NCBI GenBank assembly: GCA_012295275.1
Contig: CM022666.1
Coordinates: 4,464,001-4,528,000 of the forward strand
Reading direction: 5' to 3'
Length of the DNA stretch: 64,000 nt
Origin: Chrysomallon squamiferum
Taxonomy: Eukaryota > Animalia > Mollusca
Shown piece by piece: positions 1-16,504 of this stretch. The translations under genes and the position numbers were made by a program. How positions within the stretch are numbered: position 1 is the first letter of the stretch; each line of letters starts with the position of its first letter. The notes below the pieces were generated by a model that was not told the origin of the DNA, made no database searches, and saw nothing but the letters and a program-made list of their open reading frames with translations.

Positions 1-139
1 AAGAATCTGAATATTTTTTATAAAACAAATATTTCTTTCTTCCTCTTCATCTTCCTGTGATATTTTCAACAGATAACATTTAACACTGTACATCCTTAAC
101 AACACAACTTTCAAATTACAGTTCATTCCACTTCAGAGA

Positions 140-1119
140 ATTGGTTTTTCTTGTCTCTCAGCCCTCAGGATATTCTTTTACACTAAGCAGAACTGAACTC
201 ACTATCTCTCACTCCTCATGGGTATACTTTTACATTAAAAAAAATTGGTCTCACTATCTCTGATTCTTCAGGATATACTTTTACACTAAAGAGAACTGAT
301 CTCACTATCTCTCACTCCTCAGGATATACTTTTACACCAAGGAAAATTGATCTCACTATCTCTCACTTCTCAAGGATATACTTTTACACTAAAGAGAATT
401 GATCTCACTATCTCTCACTTCTCAAGGATATATTTTTACACTAAGGAGAACTGATCTCACTATCTCTCACTTCTCAAGGATATATTTTTACACTAAGGAG
501 AACTGATCTCACTATCTCTCACTTCTCAAGGATATATTTTTACACTAAGGAGAACTGATCTCACTATCTCTCACTTCTCAGGGGTAGACTTTTACATTAA
601 AAGAATTGGTCTCACTATCTCTCACTGCTCAAAGATATACTTTTACACTAAGGAAAACTGGTCTCACTATCTCTCACTTCTCAAGGATATACTTTTACAC
701 TAAGGAAAACTGGTCTCACTATCTCTCACTTCTCAAGAATATATTTTTACCCTAAGGAGAACTGATCTCACTATCTCTCACTCCTCAGAGGTACACTTTT
801 ACACTAAAGAGAACTGATCTCACCACCTCTCACTTCTCAGGGATATACCTTTACACTAAGGAGAACTGATCTCACTATCTCTCACTCCTCAGGGATATAC
901 TTTTACACTAAAGAGAACTGATCTCACTATCTCTCACTCCTCAAGGATACACTTTTACACTAAGGAGAACTGATCTCACTATCTCTCACTCCTCAAGGAT
1001 ATACTTTGTCACTAAAGAGAACTGGTCTCACTATCTCTCACTCCTCCTTGTTTTTTTTACACTAAGGAGAACTGATCTCACTATCTCTCACTCCTCCTTG
1101 TTTTTTTTACACTAAGGAG
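140..1119. repeat. 52-bp minisatellite, ~18 copies
   Basis: Unit ~GGATATACTTTTACACTAAGGAGAACTGATCTCACTATCTCTCACTTCTCAA; GATCTCACTATC recurs at 401 and 453 (52-bp spacing); ends are more degenerate. Confidence 0.95.
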
Positions 1120-2486
1120 GTATTGAGCCTAGCTGCCTCTCAGTGAGCTCCAAGGCGAATGCTCTGTCACAATGAGAGACTGAAAACATCAATAAACATA
1201 TGATGGATCTCTCAGACTTGGGTCTTCTGCTTGCACGAATCTCTTATGCAGCTTCACTGGCCTGTAACTGATTTGACTGATGCTGCGAACGACGATGATC
1301 TGCTGTGATTTGTACTGTGTCATCATCACTTTGTCACCCGAGGGATGCTGCAGTCGAAAGTGGGAGAGAATCGATATTTAAAATTCTTGGGTAGTGGGTT
1401 GTAAATTGACCAGGGTGGTATTTTACCAAGTGGGTAAAGTGTGGGGCTGTTGTGTTTTGGTGGTATGGTTGGTTACTGGGGTGTGGTTGGGTGGGGTTTA
1501 CTGAGCAAGGAGGTGATGTTTTTGATAAGTTGAAAGGGAGGGTTATTGATGGGGTGGTGCTGAAGAGGGTGTGATCTCTGGAATTAAAGGGTGTTTAAGA
1601 AAGGGGTGGGGTTACAGATGTCTAGGATCAGGGGTTGTGAAATTGGAGGTAAAGGATTTTTGGAAGGGGTACAAATAGCTTGGGTAAGGCGTGCGATACT
1701 GGGGATTAAGGAGTGCTAGTGTGGGTGGGGGTACAGATTACAGGGGAAAGGTGCAAGATGCACAGATAAAAAAATATATATTGTTCTATTTTACACAGCA
1801 AAAGAAAAGAAACATCTTAAACTCAATCTCACACAAACAGGACAACACATGCCACACATTTATATAAACTAGATCGCAAATATTAACGTGTAATTAACAG
1901 TACCCATACTGAAGTAATAGACCCTGACATTTAAAATGAGAAGGAAACAACCCAAACAGGACAGTACCTTCCACATCTTTATGCAAACTAAAATAAGAAT
2001 ATTAAATAATAATACTACAGTTTAATACACAATAAATTTCTTCTACCAGAGAAAAGTATGAAATTCGATTAATTATCTGACATACAGGTAAATAGAAAAT
2101 GACAGGTGTGTAGGTATATAGCTGTGTAAATTACAGGTGAGAAGAGATACAGTTTACCTGACAACCTTTTCTGAAGTAAACACAGAATACAAGATACATT
2201 GCTCTTTAACTTATTTATAACTGTTTAAATTATTATTTTAATTACTGTGGTAAAATATTTTGTTTACTGAGATAGCTAGATTGTAACAGAGAAACAGATA
2301 AAATATATTAACAATTTTTTTTTTTGAATCATATAATAAATAAATAAATAAAATAAAATGTCTATTCCTGCTTAGTAAAATATTTAAATTATAACGATGA
2401 TGATGATGATAGGAGTAATAGTAGCAGCAGTAGTAGTAATAATAGTAGTGATAGCAGTAGTAATGATAAAAATAATAGTAATAATG

Positions 2487-2525
<39 letters not shown>

Positions 2526-3465
2526 TAATAAAAATAAAAGCTATTTTCTAAAATACAACTATCAATAAAATCTTCTATGAAAGCTTGTCTCAGATTGCAA
2601 AACAGAAGTAAACCTCTTTGTGACAACTCAGAACAAAAACCTTGTCACTTTTATCTGTTGTAAGAAGATTTTTGTCAGATCACAAACAGACCCAGGGTGG
2701 GGATCTTGCAATCCACCCCACCCACAGAAAGTTAAGTAGAAAAATCATTTTAATCATGCACACAACTACAAGAACACACGCACATACATGCATGCATACA
2801 CACACATACACACAACAGTAATAACATAGGCAGAAAGGCAAAACTTCCTTCTTCTTCTTCATTTTTTAATTTGTTTATTTAAAAAAGGTACTGTATTTAA
2901 TATTTATTCAGTTTTATCTTGAAATCTTTCTTTTTCAGTAGAAAATATTCTATATGAAGAAACACATGTCAATGCTATTTCTGTTGCTATCTTTAAACAT
3001 CTGGTGAGAAATTTTACTTTCTATATCTTTCAGTTTATTATCATCATTAAATTATATTTTTTTAAATTTTATTTATGTTCCTTTTTTTTTTTCTTTTTTT
3101 TTTTATGATTCATGCAACGAAATTCAAATAAAAATAAAAATATAAATAAAAAATCTAAAAGAAATCTATCTTACTCTGATTCAGAGAAATAAAAATAAAA
3201 TAAATGAAATAAAGGCAGATGCAGAATACTTTTTTTTTTTTTTTCAGTCTGTAAAATATTAGGTGTGAGAATTATTGCCTGTATAAAAATGGATGAGATA
3301 CTTTTTAGACTTGTAAGAAAAAAACTTTTTTTACTGAGTAATATATTCATCACAATTTTGTTGTGCTTTAAATAGAATATTACAAAGGGTAAATACAAAT
3401 AAAAATAATAATAATAATTAGAATAAATAAATAAATAAATAAATATAAAAAAAAAAATTAAATAA

Positions 3466-3524
<59 letters not shown>

Positions 3525-4564
3525 AAAAATAAAAAATAAAAAATATATATAAAAAATAAAAATAAATAAATAATAAAATAAAACAAAAAACAAAACCAAA
3601 CGTAAACAAAACAATAAAATGATATAAAAATAACTAAATGTCAAAATTAAATAAACATTAAATTCATGGTTAAGGGAAATACACATAAACCAAACTTACT
3701 GTCACAAACACGACGGGCTAATCTTTTCTTCAGTTAATAGCAAGAAATTGTATATATAGATACACCCTCTCATAAACAGCAAAGAATATTTATTAAACCA
3801 GTCACTGAGGAGGTTAGATAAGGTGTTTCATGATGCTTTCATCCACTTTGAGACTCTGAGTATGATAATACATTCCACAACTTTAACATATCAAATCAAG
3901 GAGCAGTGGTTGGAATGGTAAAAAAACACATTAATAAACTGATGTGAACTGATCTCAAGGACCCTTTGCTCACTCTTGCAAGTAATTTACAACAGAGCTT
4001 CAGGCCACAACAAATAAAGTTTCCGTTTTCTTAGTCATCGCCATTATTTATTCGAAGTCTCGGTAATTCTCATTCACTGGCTGTAATTTCTTTGTGAAAT
4101 CTTTACATCTGTGGAATTAACAGATAATCCTGGGATAAACTCAATCTCCTCTTCATGCTAACACTCCTAACAGCATTTAAGCTCCAATCAAACATTCACA
4201 CACCGAAATGCAAACAAAATGCTTCACATTCACTGGGAGAATTAACAAGGGGTTGAGACCCTGAATTAATCACACAGAGAACATTTTGTAACATCCAGTT
4301 TAATTGGCTAAATCACACAATGTGGTTTTTGTTATCTCTTATTTAACTGGCAAAGCCAAAACAATACAGATTTTGTTATCTTCCAGTTAATTGGCTAAAC
4401 GAAAACAATATGGATTTGTTACATCTTCTGTAATTGGCTAATTAAGACATACCACTGTATTGTAAATTCCTTTCTGATTGGTTTAAATCAAACAAATGCA
4501 TTTTTCTAATGTGTTGTAACTGACTAATGAAAACATGGTGCAAATCCTTAACAGAGCAAAGCAA

Positions 4565-5200
4565 ACAGCCCATTTCTGTAACATACTTAAATGATGTAAC
4601 AACATGTAACATAATTCAGCCCATTTCTGTAACATGCCTAAATACTATGATGTAAGAACATGTAACATAATTCAGCCCATTTCTGTAACATGCCTAAATA
4701 CTATGATGTAACAACATATAACATAATTCAGCCTATTTCTGTAACGTGACTATGTTACTATGGTATAACAATATGTTACATGACTCCTGTTTAATAATAA
4801 GGTACATAACCACTTTTTCCAATATATATTACATGGCACCTACTGGAAAATACAAGACACCTTTTGTAACTCATAATCAATGACACCTATGTTACATACT
4901 ATACATGAATCTTCTTGTAACATTTAATACAGCACCTTAAATGCCTTCATCATGTAACCTGATATTTGTAAGTAACAGTATTACCTGTAACATGTTACAT
5001 GACATTTTTATACATGGCTTTATCTGTAATACATAAAATGACAGTTTTTATATAATGGTATTATCTGTAACATGTAACATGACATTTTTTATATAATGGT
5101 TTTATCTGTAACAATTAACATGACATTTTTTTATATAACGGCATTATCTGTAACATGTAACGTAATTTTTTTTATATATAATGGCATTATCTGTAAACTA
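4565..5200. repeat. TGTAAC-core minisatellites (~56-bp unit, then ~40-bp unit)
   Basis: CCATTTCTGTAACATGCCTAAATACTATGATGTAA at 4621 and 4677; TTATCTGTAACA..ACATGACATTTTT repeated about 5 times over 4975-5200. Confidence 0.85.
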
Positions 5201-6024
5201 CATGGAGAAAAAGGTACCTTAAATTAAAAATTACACCTAGCATAATATTTATTTAATTATTTAACCTTGCTGAACCGAACAACCCCGACTACAAAGTCCA
5301 TTTTTCATTTCCACATGCCATCAACAACAACACAGAATACGTCAGATCACAGACAACACACAAACAAACGTACAAGGCTCATTTAACCCTCTACCCTGAT
5401 AACAATTTAGCAAATCTGTCATCAAGTAATGCAAGCAAAAAGTCCTCACTAACTTTTATGAAAACAAAAAACTGTCTCCATGGCATGAATTTGTAAACCA
5501 GTCACATGAGCTGTTTTGTCCATCTATACCCAGACACGAACAAAAGGAATTTTTTATTTATGCATAGCTGCACTAGAGCTGATATACCCAGGAGTCTTGT
5601 TTGCGTTTGACTTTGTTTTTTCAAGATTGTTTGACTTGCAGTGTAATGATGATTTCAAATGGAACGTGTTGTTAAATAGACAGGGAGGGGGAATGTACAG
5701 ATGGACAAACAGACTGAATGGGTGATTAATGAATGAGTGCTCTAATCTGTCTGAGTAATGAACTGTCTGTTGTGAGTCCATTAGAAATTAAATTGTTTTT
5801 CAGTGAAGCCAATTTTATTATTTATTTATTTTATTTATTTATTATTGTTGTTGTTATTATTATTATTATTCTTTTTTTTAAATTATTTATTAATATTATT
5901 AATTCTATTATAATAATTAATATAACAATATAATAATAATAATATTAAATAATAATTATTATTATTATTATTCCTGTTATTTATTTATTTATTATTTTAT
6001 TATTTTATTTATTAATACTATATA

Positions 6025-6084
<60 letters not shown>

Positions 6085-6085
6085 G

Positions 6086-6118
<33 letters not shown>

Positions 6119-7689
6119 TAAATTATAAAAAAACAACAAAAAAAAACAACAACAAAAAACAATAAAACAACACGAACAATATAAATTCAAACAAATGTTG
6201 TGCACAATACATGACTATGTTGGTTAATAGAATTGAAATTAATTTTTCAAATAATTCCCATGATGCCGTTTCAATCATTGGCCATTGCATGTAAATGGCT
6301 GGAATCACTTTAATCTACACATAAACACTACAGTGGGGAAACCAGGAGAAAACATTTACTGTAGTTTTGTTTAACCAAGTCACAAGAGGACATTAATTAT
6401 ACATATATCGCTGGCTGTTAAATTGGAAAGATTTTTTTTTAAAAAAAACAGATATTTCAAGAATTCATTAATTAATTTTATATATATCAACTAATGTATT
6501 TGAAACTTTTTTTTTTTAAATTTATTTATTTTTTTTAAATATATATTTCAAGAATAATTTAATTATTTTTATATCATATTATTATAAATTAAAAACCTTT
6601 GTTAGATTTTACAGTTTCTTTCAGTGCCGTATTTGTCTTACACATTGAGAAATGTATATATATATATTTTTTCTCTATACATACATACATACATACCTAC
6701 ATACATATATACATACAAATACACATACGCACATATAAAAAATATATATTTTTTCTTATAATTAATTAATTATTCACCAACAGAAAGGCAAAGCCATCAA
6801 TTTATATTCCATTAAAAATTAATTAATTTTATTTTTCCCATGTTATTAATATATTTACTATATTTACAGATAGATATAATATAGATACTTTTCCCTTGAT
6901 TTCATTGAGGTTTCATTTAATTCATTCACACAATAAAACAAATATTCAACCAACCAACACATACTACGTACAATATTTTGGCACAACTCTCATCTACATT
7001 CTGACAGAGTTTTATTAAATTTTCTCTTTCCTCACAGAATAAACCAGACATTTATTAACAGGTAGACCAAAAAACGGGACAATTTTCCTCATCATTTAAA
7101 GAACTTTCATTTCACTCATTTACTCAATAAACCAGACATTGACCAAAAAGACTCTGTGTGGACAACAACGTTTTGCCATAAGCCTGATTTATATTCCAAT
7201 AAAATTCTGTTACAGATGGACAATTTGATTGATGTTCCCATTCTTAAAAAGAGTTTTATTCATCTCAGCCATTCAGTGAACCAGACATTCACCAGAAGAG
7301 GGAGAAACAGACAGTTTGGACAACATTCTGCCATAACCTTCATGTATATTCTATTCATGTGAGGATACATGGAAAGCATACAGCCATCTATCACACTTAT
7401 AAACAACTTCCTCTGTGACCTAAGAAAACATAGGGATTTTTTTTTTTTTTTTCTTATGTAAGAAAAAAAAAAAAAATGAAGATGGATTTGTCTGTGTTTC
7501 AGTCATTTTAAATTGACAGTATAAAGTAAAATAAGTCTCACGACAGTAATAAAATTCATAAATGGAAGAGATTTACAAAACTGATAAAGTGTTTTCCAGA
7601 CACCAGCAATTATTATCTGTAGCATATGTCAGGTTTATTTCTTAGATTAATGTGGATGATAATAAGCATTTTAAGCTGTTTTATGAGTC

Positions 7690-7693
7690 TGCA

Positions 7694-7784
<91 letters not shown>

Positions 7785-7887
7785 ATGTATGTTTATGGAG
7801 AGATAGGTATATTAGTTGTATTTGAATATATATATTTTATGTAGATGAATGTGTATATGTGCATATGTGTGTAAGGGTGTTTATGTA

Positions 7888-7945
<58 letters not shown>

Positions 7946-8034
7946 CATGTATGTTTATGGAGACATAAGTATAATAGTATTTGTTTGAATATATCTCTTT
8001 TATGTTGATGAATGTCTGTATGAGTGTTTATGTA

Positions 8035-8070
<36 letters not shown>
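7690..8070. repeat. (GT)n tracts with a local ~160-bp direct duplication
   Basis: TGCATGTATGTTTATGGAGA...TTTTATGT.GATGAATGT occurs at ~7782 and ~7944, each preceded by (GT)n. Confidence 0.85.
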
Positions 8071-8502
8071 TGTGTTTTACATTACCTTCAGAAAATAATA
8101 TTGTACCTTTAAAAGAATATGAATTTAATTAAGCAGATACCCTTCTCTATTCAATACAGAAATATATTCTATATCCAAAAACCTTTTAGTTTTTTTAGTT
8201 TTTTAAAAAGGTTTGAAATAAACCCCTTTTAACACAACGTAAATAATACCTTAATGTTCCTTATCCAGTTAAAAACTCATTACCTACAGGTAAAGTTATT
8301 ATTATACTTAAGTCAGGTAATAAATAGGAACAGGTGAAAATTGACCTTTATGGTGTACTTGTTAACTAAACTGTTTCCATCAGAAGGTGTAATTAACCAC
8401 ACTTAAACTGATAGGGTTATTAGAAGACAGATTTGTAAAAAAAAAAAAATAGTGGTGAAAGGATAACTGAGAATGAGGAAGATAGTGGGTAAGGGAAAAT
8501 AA

Positions 8503-8581
8503 GAGAGAAAGAGAGAAAGAGAGAGAGAGAGACACACAGAGAGAGAGAGACAGAGACAGAGAGAGAGAGAGAGAGTCAGAT

Positions 8582-8668
<87 letters not shown>

Positions 8669-8671
8669 GTC

Positions 8672-8760
<89 letters not shown>

Positions 8761-8948
8761 GGAAGAGATAAACATGAATCCACAGAGGAGGAAATTAAAT
8801 AAAAGAAATAAAATTAATGACTCACTTAGATTGAAGATATTCTTTTGAAGTTGTTTAGATGTATCACAGGCAAGTGCATTAAGGTACAAAAGGAATAAAT
8901 GAATGAATGGTACAAAAAAACCTAATAAAAATTGATGTTGGCAATTTT
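8503..8948 (+). repeat. Left arm of long-range inverted duplication: (GA)n plus ~170 bp unique sequence
   Basis: 8806-8902 is the exact reverse complement of 14114-14210. Confidence 0.95.
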
Positions 8949-9005
8949 TATTTTACAGATATACAAAAAGATAAACTCAGTGAAAGAAAGACTCTGTCTG
9001 GGACA

Positions 9006-9151
<146 letters not shown>

Positions 9152-12100
9152 ATGAGAGAGATTAGAGAGAGAAAAAAGACAGTTAAAGACAGTTACAAAG
9201 AAAGAAAGAAGAAATGAATAAGAAAGAGAAAGATGATAGTATGGGGAAAGATCAACACAAAAGAGAAGAAGACATAAACCAAAAAAAGGATAAAAAAATA
9301 TAAGCAGAACTAAATTGTAAATTATAAGCAACAAAAAATAAACAAAAAAAAAATGAAAAAACAAATTTGAAATGCCTCAAGCACATCGTATTATATTTTT
9401 AAAATATCTTATGGCTGTATGCATATTAGTCTCTGTCTGTTCTCTGGATTCAAACTTTATATTCGTGTCTGTGTGTCTGTAAGTGTGCAACATGTCTATA
9501 CAGCTCAGTAAAGCAGAAATTCTTCAAAGAGAAACAGATGCGAGAAAAATGAGTTCTGAAAGGTGATGACACGAATCTGAAACACAAGAAACAGTAAACC
9601 ATCAACAGATTTAAGAAAATGCACTGAATGGCACAGTTTTTTTGTTTTTTTTTTTTTTTTTCTTACGTTTGCTAACATGCAGTGATAATATTACAAACAC
9701 CTAACACTTCTTCAGTGCAGTAAACTGTCTTCTTCCTTCACAGTCACTGCACACCTAATATCCCTTTAAAATAACAAACAGAAAAAAGATTTTTTTATAT
9801 TTTTTATTAAAAGTCGTGACCAGCTCTTCAAACAGCCCCCTTTCCCTGTCCTGTCATCCCCCTCATGTCTTAAATTACTGTAATGCTTTCTGTCTCCCAA
9901 TTTCAGTACCACCAATTTTCCCACATGTTGTTTTCATTCTTCTCAATAATATTGTGTTTAACATTTTAACTGTTGTTTATTTTTTTTTTTTTTTTTTTTT
10001 TGCTAATAGCAAGTAGTTCTTGCATTAACAAAAAACAGTGTCTTCATTTTTCTTCTGAATTTGAGAAGAGTTCTTATCCATTCTGTTTTATATCTGGTCT
10101 TTTTTTTTCTCTTACAACAGAATTTACCCAAGTTTTATTTTCCACAGATTCACCCACAATGTAATCATTCAGAATATCCCACTTCTTTCACATAGCATCA
10201 TCTAATCATCTGCTCTAACCATATGCCCACATCATCCACTAATTTCCCACACTACTATCATCATCCATCACATCATCTACCAAATTCCCACAAAAACTGT
10301 CTTATCACCCATCTTACACAAAATTTCCACATCATCATTCTGTTCCCTCTTTCCCCCTCTCCAATTCCCTACAACATCTTTCCACCATCATCTACCATCA
10401 ATTCCCCCATTTCTTTCCAGCAGCCTCTCTTTCACAAAATTCCTCGCAATATTAAAAATGCACTCTCTGCCACTTCGCAAGGCAAGTTCAGGTACGTATT
10501 TCCTATTTCGCTATAAACAAATAAAAAAATAATTAAAAAAATAAAAATACAAAAATAAAATAAACATCTCTTGATGTTTTAAGCTGCAGTCTCTATTTTT
10601 GTTTCGCTGAAAACTTAACTGACATAATGAAAATAAACACAAAACATGACGCTGAAAAAAACGAAAAAAAAAAAACCACACAAAAAGCACCTAAAAAAAA
10701 TCATCATGGTAATTTAAACAAAACATTTTTATCTTTCTTTTTTAATTTTTTTTTTTTACTTGCTTCTTTTGAAAAATTTTGTGTTTCTCTTTCTAAAATT
10801 TTTTTTTTTTCACTCTCTGTCTCTCTCTGTTTGAAAATGTCAAGCAGTTCTTGCATTAACAAAAAACAACAACAATATCTTCATTCTTCTTTTGAACTTA
10901 AACTAAATTTGTTTAACATTTTGAAAAGAACAGACATTCTTTGGTTCTGTGTGATATACGTAACATATGCCACAACACTTCCACCCATCTATTAAAAGAC
11001 AATATATTTGATTTCAAAACTGTGGAACTTTTAATACTGAAGATTAGACAGAATCCAGCTGATGAAAAAGCTTTGATAAAAATTCTTTCAAGCGTTTAAA
11101 ATAATGTAAATTAATTTTCAATTCTGTTGAGATAAAACATTTTTTTATATAAATTGTGAATGGACTGGAAAAGCAGAAAAGAATTTTTCTGATGTCATTT
11201 GCAGGCTTTTGTGAATAGATATTTGTTTTATGATAAATAAACAATGATAAAATTAATTTAAACTACAACAGCCAGTGTTTCTGTGTAGTTTATCAAAGAT
11301 AGTGGAAGCTTTACAGTCTTTGGGAAGGTGCTTACAAAAGATTATTTTTTGCTCATGAAGAAAAAAAACACCCAATCATGCATTGGTAGTGGGTTTTTTT
11401 ATCTTTGACTATCAGCAAGGTTCATTACTACATGTGTTTTACCATATTCAAAAGATAAGGATGATTTCTTATAGAAGTTAAATATCACGAAGCCTCATGT
11501 GTGTGTTTTAATCATTAATAGCTGTTATATGTTAAATGGAATTGGCTTTTAGAATAATCGTGATAATGATTATGACGGTATAACCTTATGCTGTTAGACT
11601 TAAAACCAGCTTTTAATATGATAAATGATATGCATTCAAATGGACATTTTTTTTTTTTATATAGTCACAGATGGATTGAAACACAGACACACAGACAGAC
11701 AAGAATATACAGTGACAGACATATAATACTACAATACTCTAATTTTATTTCACATTCACAATTACACAAATTTATTCCATTAAAAAAAAAAAAAAAAAAC
11801 TTCTTTTTAAACGATCTTGTCTGCCTATTTCACCTTCGGCTATAAATTAAATTAAAACGAATAAATCACAGTTTAGAAAAAAAAAAAAAAAAAATCCCTT
11901 TCCGCTTTCATTAATTTTTCATTTTATATTAACCAGCAGTCGACAGTCTTAACCTTTTGCCTTGATTCAATTCTCTATGCAACCTCTCGCAGGAAATTAA
12001 CCTCATAAAGAAAAACAGACCCTCAGTGGGCCAGCCAGATATTGCCAAATAAACGACCATCATAAAGATTTCGTCTGTCACGTTACATTAAAAAACAAAT

Positions 12101-13099
12101 GTTTAGAAATCTCTGTTACCGCAGTTTGCTCCAAACACCTTGGAGCTGCAGTCGAATTCAAAATGTCACACTCGCAAATTACACCCCCTCTGGGGCTCTT
12201 GGTGAATTGATTTGTGGGGATTTCAACCAGTCGAGAGATGTCTTTAGGTGTGGATGGATGCTGGAGCAGTGATCAACGGACGAAAAAGCTTGCAGAGATT
12301 GAAGACTGTTATGAAACTTCGAGTTAATGAAATGCCACGTTTGTTTTCATCCTTAGGTTTTTATTTTTAATGTATTTTTAAGGCTTTTTCTTTTTTTCGT
12401 TTTTTGCCCTGAAGTAAAAAATCTTGTTATTTCTGTTAGTTTTTGACATTTATATTTTGTCTTGTCTTGTTTGTTATTTGTTTTTGTTTTTAAATAAATA
12501 TGCTGACATTTTTTTTTTATATCAAGATCTTAAGTTTCTGACACAAAAGAATTAAGACAGAGTCAAAGACATTTTCATCTTTACTTTTTCTGTTGTCTTT
12601 GTTTTGTTTCATTTTAAACTCCTTTCCTTGATAAACGAACTTTAGAAAAATTAAATCAGAGATGATAAATTAACAATTAAATAAATAAATTTATTAATAA
12701 AGTTTAACCCATTACAGTGTTTCATGTCTCTAATTATTTGTATGTCTTTGTATTGTGTCATCTGTTTTTTATTTTTAGATATATGTATGAAAGAATAAAA
12801 ACTTATACCAAAAATACATTGAATTCATCATTCAAAAAATATTTCATTCTTCTTCTTCTTATTATTATTACTACTATTGTTGTTAATGTTATTGTCATTA
12901 TTATTATTGTTGCTGTTATTATTATTATGATTGTTGCTGATAATATTTTTGTAATTATTATTATTACTGTTATTATTATTATTATTATTATCTAATTGAG
13001 TCTTAGCCTTATGTGACTAGTCAAATAACCATTATTATATTAAAAATCTTTTGATTACACCACTGCAAAAACATTACTTACAAACTTTCCTTTTATGGT

Positions 13100-13163
13100 A
13101 GCCAGTATGAGGTCTTGAACCCAGGATCTTCCAGTCTAAGCATGTATCTTAACCACTGCCACG
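13100..13163 (-). mobile_element. Degenerate tRNA-derived (SINE-head-like) fragment
   Basis: Minus strand reads TGGCAGTGGTTAAG...CCTGGGTTCAAGACC, resembling Pol III A and B boxes at tRNA-like spacing; no intact cloverleaf. Confidence 0.5.
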
Positions 13164-13724
13164 AATAACTTATCTTAGCAGTCAGTTAACTGCTCAATCA
13201 ACTCCTCAGACGAAGAGTTACGACCAGTCTAACAGAAAAAGGAAAATCTACCAGAGAGGACTGCCACACTGTAGCCAGTCTTATTTAAAAGAAATGAGAG
13301 AGGACTGCCACACTGTGCCAGACCAAATCATATCTGTTTCACCGGCCATCTGGGAAATTGAACACACCTGTTACACCGGACCTGATGGTCAGCAAGATGG
13401 TCATCAGAAGTGTGGCCAGAATAATGACCATCATTTCTTCCGCCCTTGGTCAGTAATAAGTTGGCTTTATCTTGACCGGAACTGGCTTGTAATAGGTTTG
13501 TAAAATGATTTACAAAAGAAAACGTGATGACGTCGTTCTGTTTTGATTTGAATTGTTTAGAAATGCTCTAAGTAATGATTTTTTTTATTTTTTTTTATCT
13601 TCGTCTGATAAATCAGTTTGTTAAAATATGTGAAGACAGTGTGAGTGAGATAATTTCACCTCAGTTAAATCTTTTTGTAAGACAATTTGTAATGATTTAC
13701 ATAAATGAGACTAAATACAAAAAA

Positions 13725-14030
13725 AAAGTAAGAAAAAAAACCCAACAACAACAAAACAAATAGAATTCTAACTGTTTAAGCATCAATATAAATCGGTTAT
13801 TTAGACAAACGCGAAAAAAACAACAACCAAAAAACATAAAAGGAAAACAAAAAAAAAAGAAACAAAAAAACCCAACAACAACAAAACAAATAGAATTCTA
13901 ACTATTCAAGTATCAATATAAATGTGTTATTTAGACAAATGAAAAAAAATAATAATAAAAAAAAATAAAACATATAGATTTCTAACTGTTCAAGTATTAA
14001 TTCAAATCTGTTATTTAGATAAATGAATTA
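13725..14030. repeat. Degenerate tandem repeat, ~3 copies
   Basis: ATAGA.TTCTAACT.TT.AAG.AT.AAT...AAT..GTTATTTAGA.AAA at ~13760, ~13890 and ~13973. Confidence 0.85.
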
Positions 14031-14067
14031 ATCAATATTAAACACTATTTTCTCTTCAAAAGTGAAA

Positions 14068-14409
<342 letters not shown>

Positions 14410-15040
14410 TTGGCAGTACAAGTCTAAATGTCAAGTACAAGATATTGCTGTGTTTTAAGGTTTGATTTATTGGGCTATCTTGGAAGAAGCAGAAGAAGAA
14501 GAAGAAGAAAAATAAAATAATGATGAAGTGAAAATAAAAAAATAAAATTGTTACAAGAACATGACATAATTCAGACTTACAAGAAGAAAATAAATATTCA
14601 AGATGTGTCAAAATTATATATATATATATATAAGACTTTAAATGTTTAAAATCAAGAAATTTAAAAAAATCAAAGGCATAACAATAAATTATATGTTTAA
14701 AAAAAAATAAAAAAAAATGAAAGATAGATAAAAAAAAAAAAATAAAAATCTGTGATGAAACAAATATTGTGCAGTCTCAAAATACATTAATAAAAAAAAA
14801 AAAAAAAAAAAAAACGAATTTTTTTAAAAAAAAAAATAATATACTAACCAAAAAAAAAAAAAAATTAAAAATAAAAACTTTTTTCCCTCAGTATACAATA
14901 TCAAAAGAACAAACGAGATAGATGACAGAAATGTAACACAGAATCACTGAAGTTTCGTGATATCTTAGAAATGACAGTATGTCTGACAGGAGAAATTGGA
15001 TAGCTGATGATATCACATGTACTTTGTCAGCGCAGAGGTC

Positions 15041-15771
<731 letters not shown>

Positions 15772-16453
15772 CAGCATGTTAAAAAGTCAACACAAAACCG
15801 ACACAGACACAAAAATGACATATTTAAAAATGTAGCAGAGTTAGAAACTCAATACTTGATGCTTTTAAAAACTCAGGATTTCTTTGACACAGTCAAAATA
15901 ACTCAACATAAACTTGACACTTTCAAAAAATCAACACACACCTGGAACATTTGGAAAAAAAAAAAAAAAAAAAAATAAATAAACATTTTGACCTAATTAA
16001 AAACTCAAATTTCGTCACACAGTTTAAACCTCAACACAAACGTGACACAGATAAGAACTCGAAATCAAACTCGACACATTTAAAAATCTCAAAATACTCG
16101 ACATTTTTAAAAACTCGCCCATCTAAACCAACTCTCTCAAGTCGTCTTCATAGCCTACAGTCTTCACTGAATGATCATCTCAAATCCTCTTGCTCGTATT
16201 TATCAGTATTTTATTCTGAGAAGTCTGGTTTTGGCCTTTACAATTTGATGCCAACAGGTTTTTCTATGAGTTATTATGAGCTGTAAGAATGTCACTGGAT
16301 GCTTGTTATTGCTAATAATAACATCAAAATACAGCCAAAGCCCCAAGAGAAATATATCTGCTGCTATTTACCTAGGCGAATAATAACGATATTGTATCGA
16401 TACTGTGTTATACAGGAAAGTACATACAGCTTGAAACATTAGTAATATATGTT

Positions 16454-16504
<51 letters not shown>

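Noticed and set aside
140-1119. CRISPR-like appearance of regular arrays (also 23.0-23.9 kb and 58.1-58.6 kb)
   Set aside because: Head-to-tail tandem units without unique spacers, no cas genes, eukaryotic context.
1112-1190. Minus-strand peptide ...ALELTERQL..., reminiscent of the homeodomain LTERQ motif
   Set aside because: No KIWFQN follows, there is no donor at that point, and a stop occurs within a few codons.
3694-3770. Minus-strand GTAAGT donor at 3694-3699
   Set aside because: Upstream sequence has stops in all frames and no clear acceptor; a non-coding exon cannot be excluded but is unsupported.
13294-13503. 69-aa ORF in a GC-richer island
   Set aside because: No recognisable homology or flanking splice signals; more likely non-coding.
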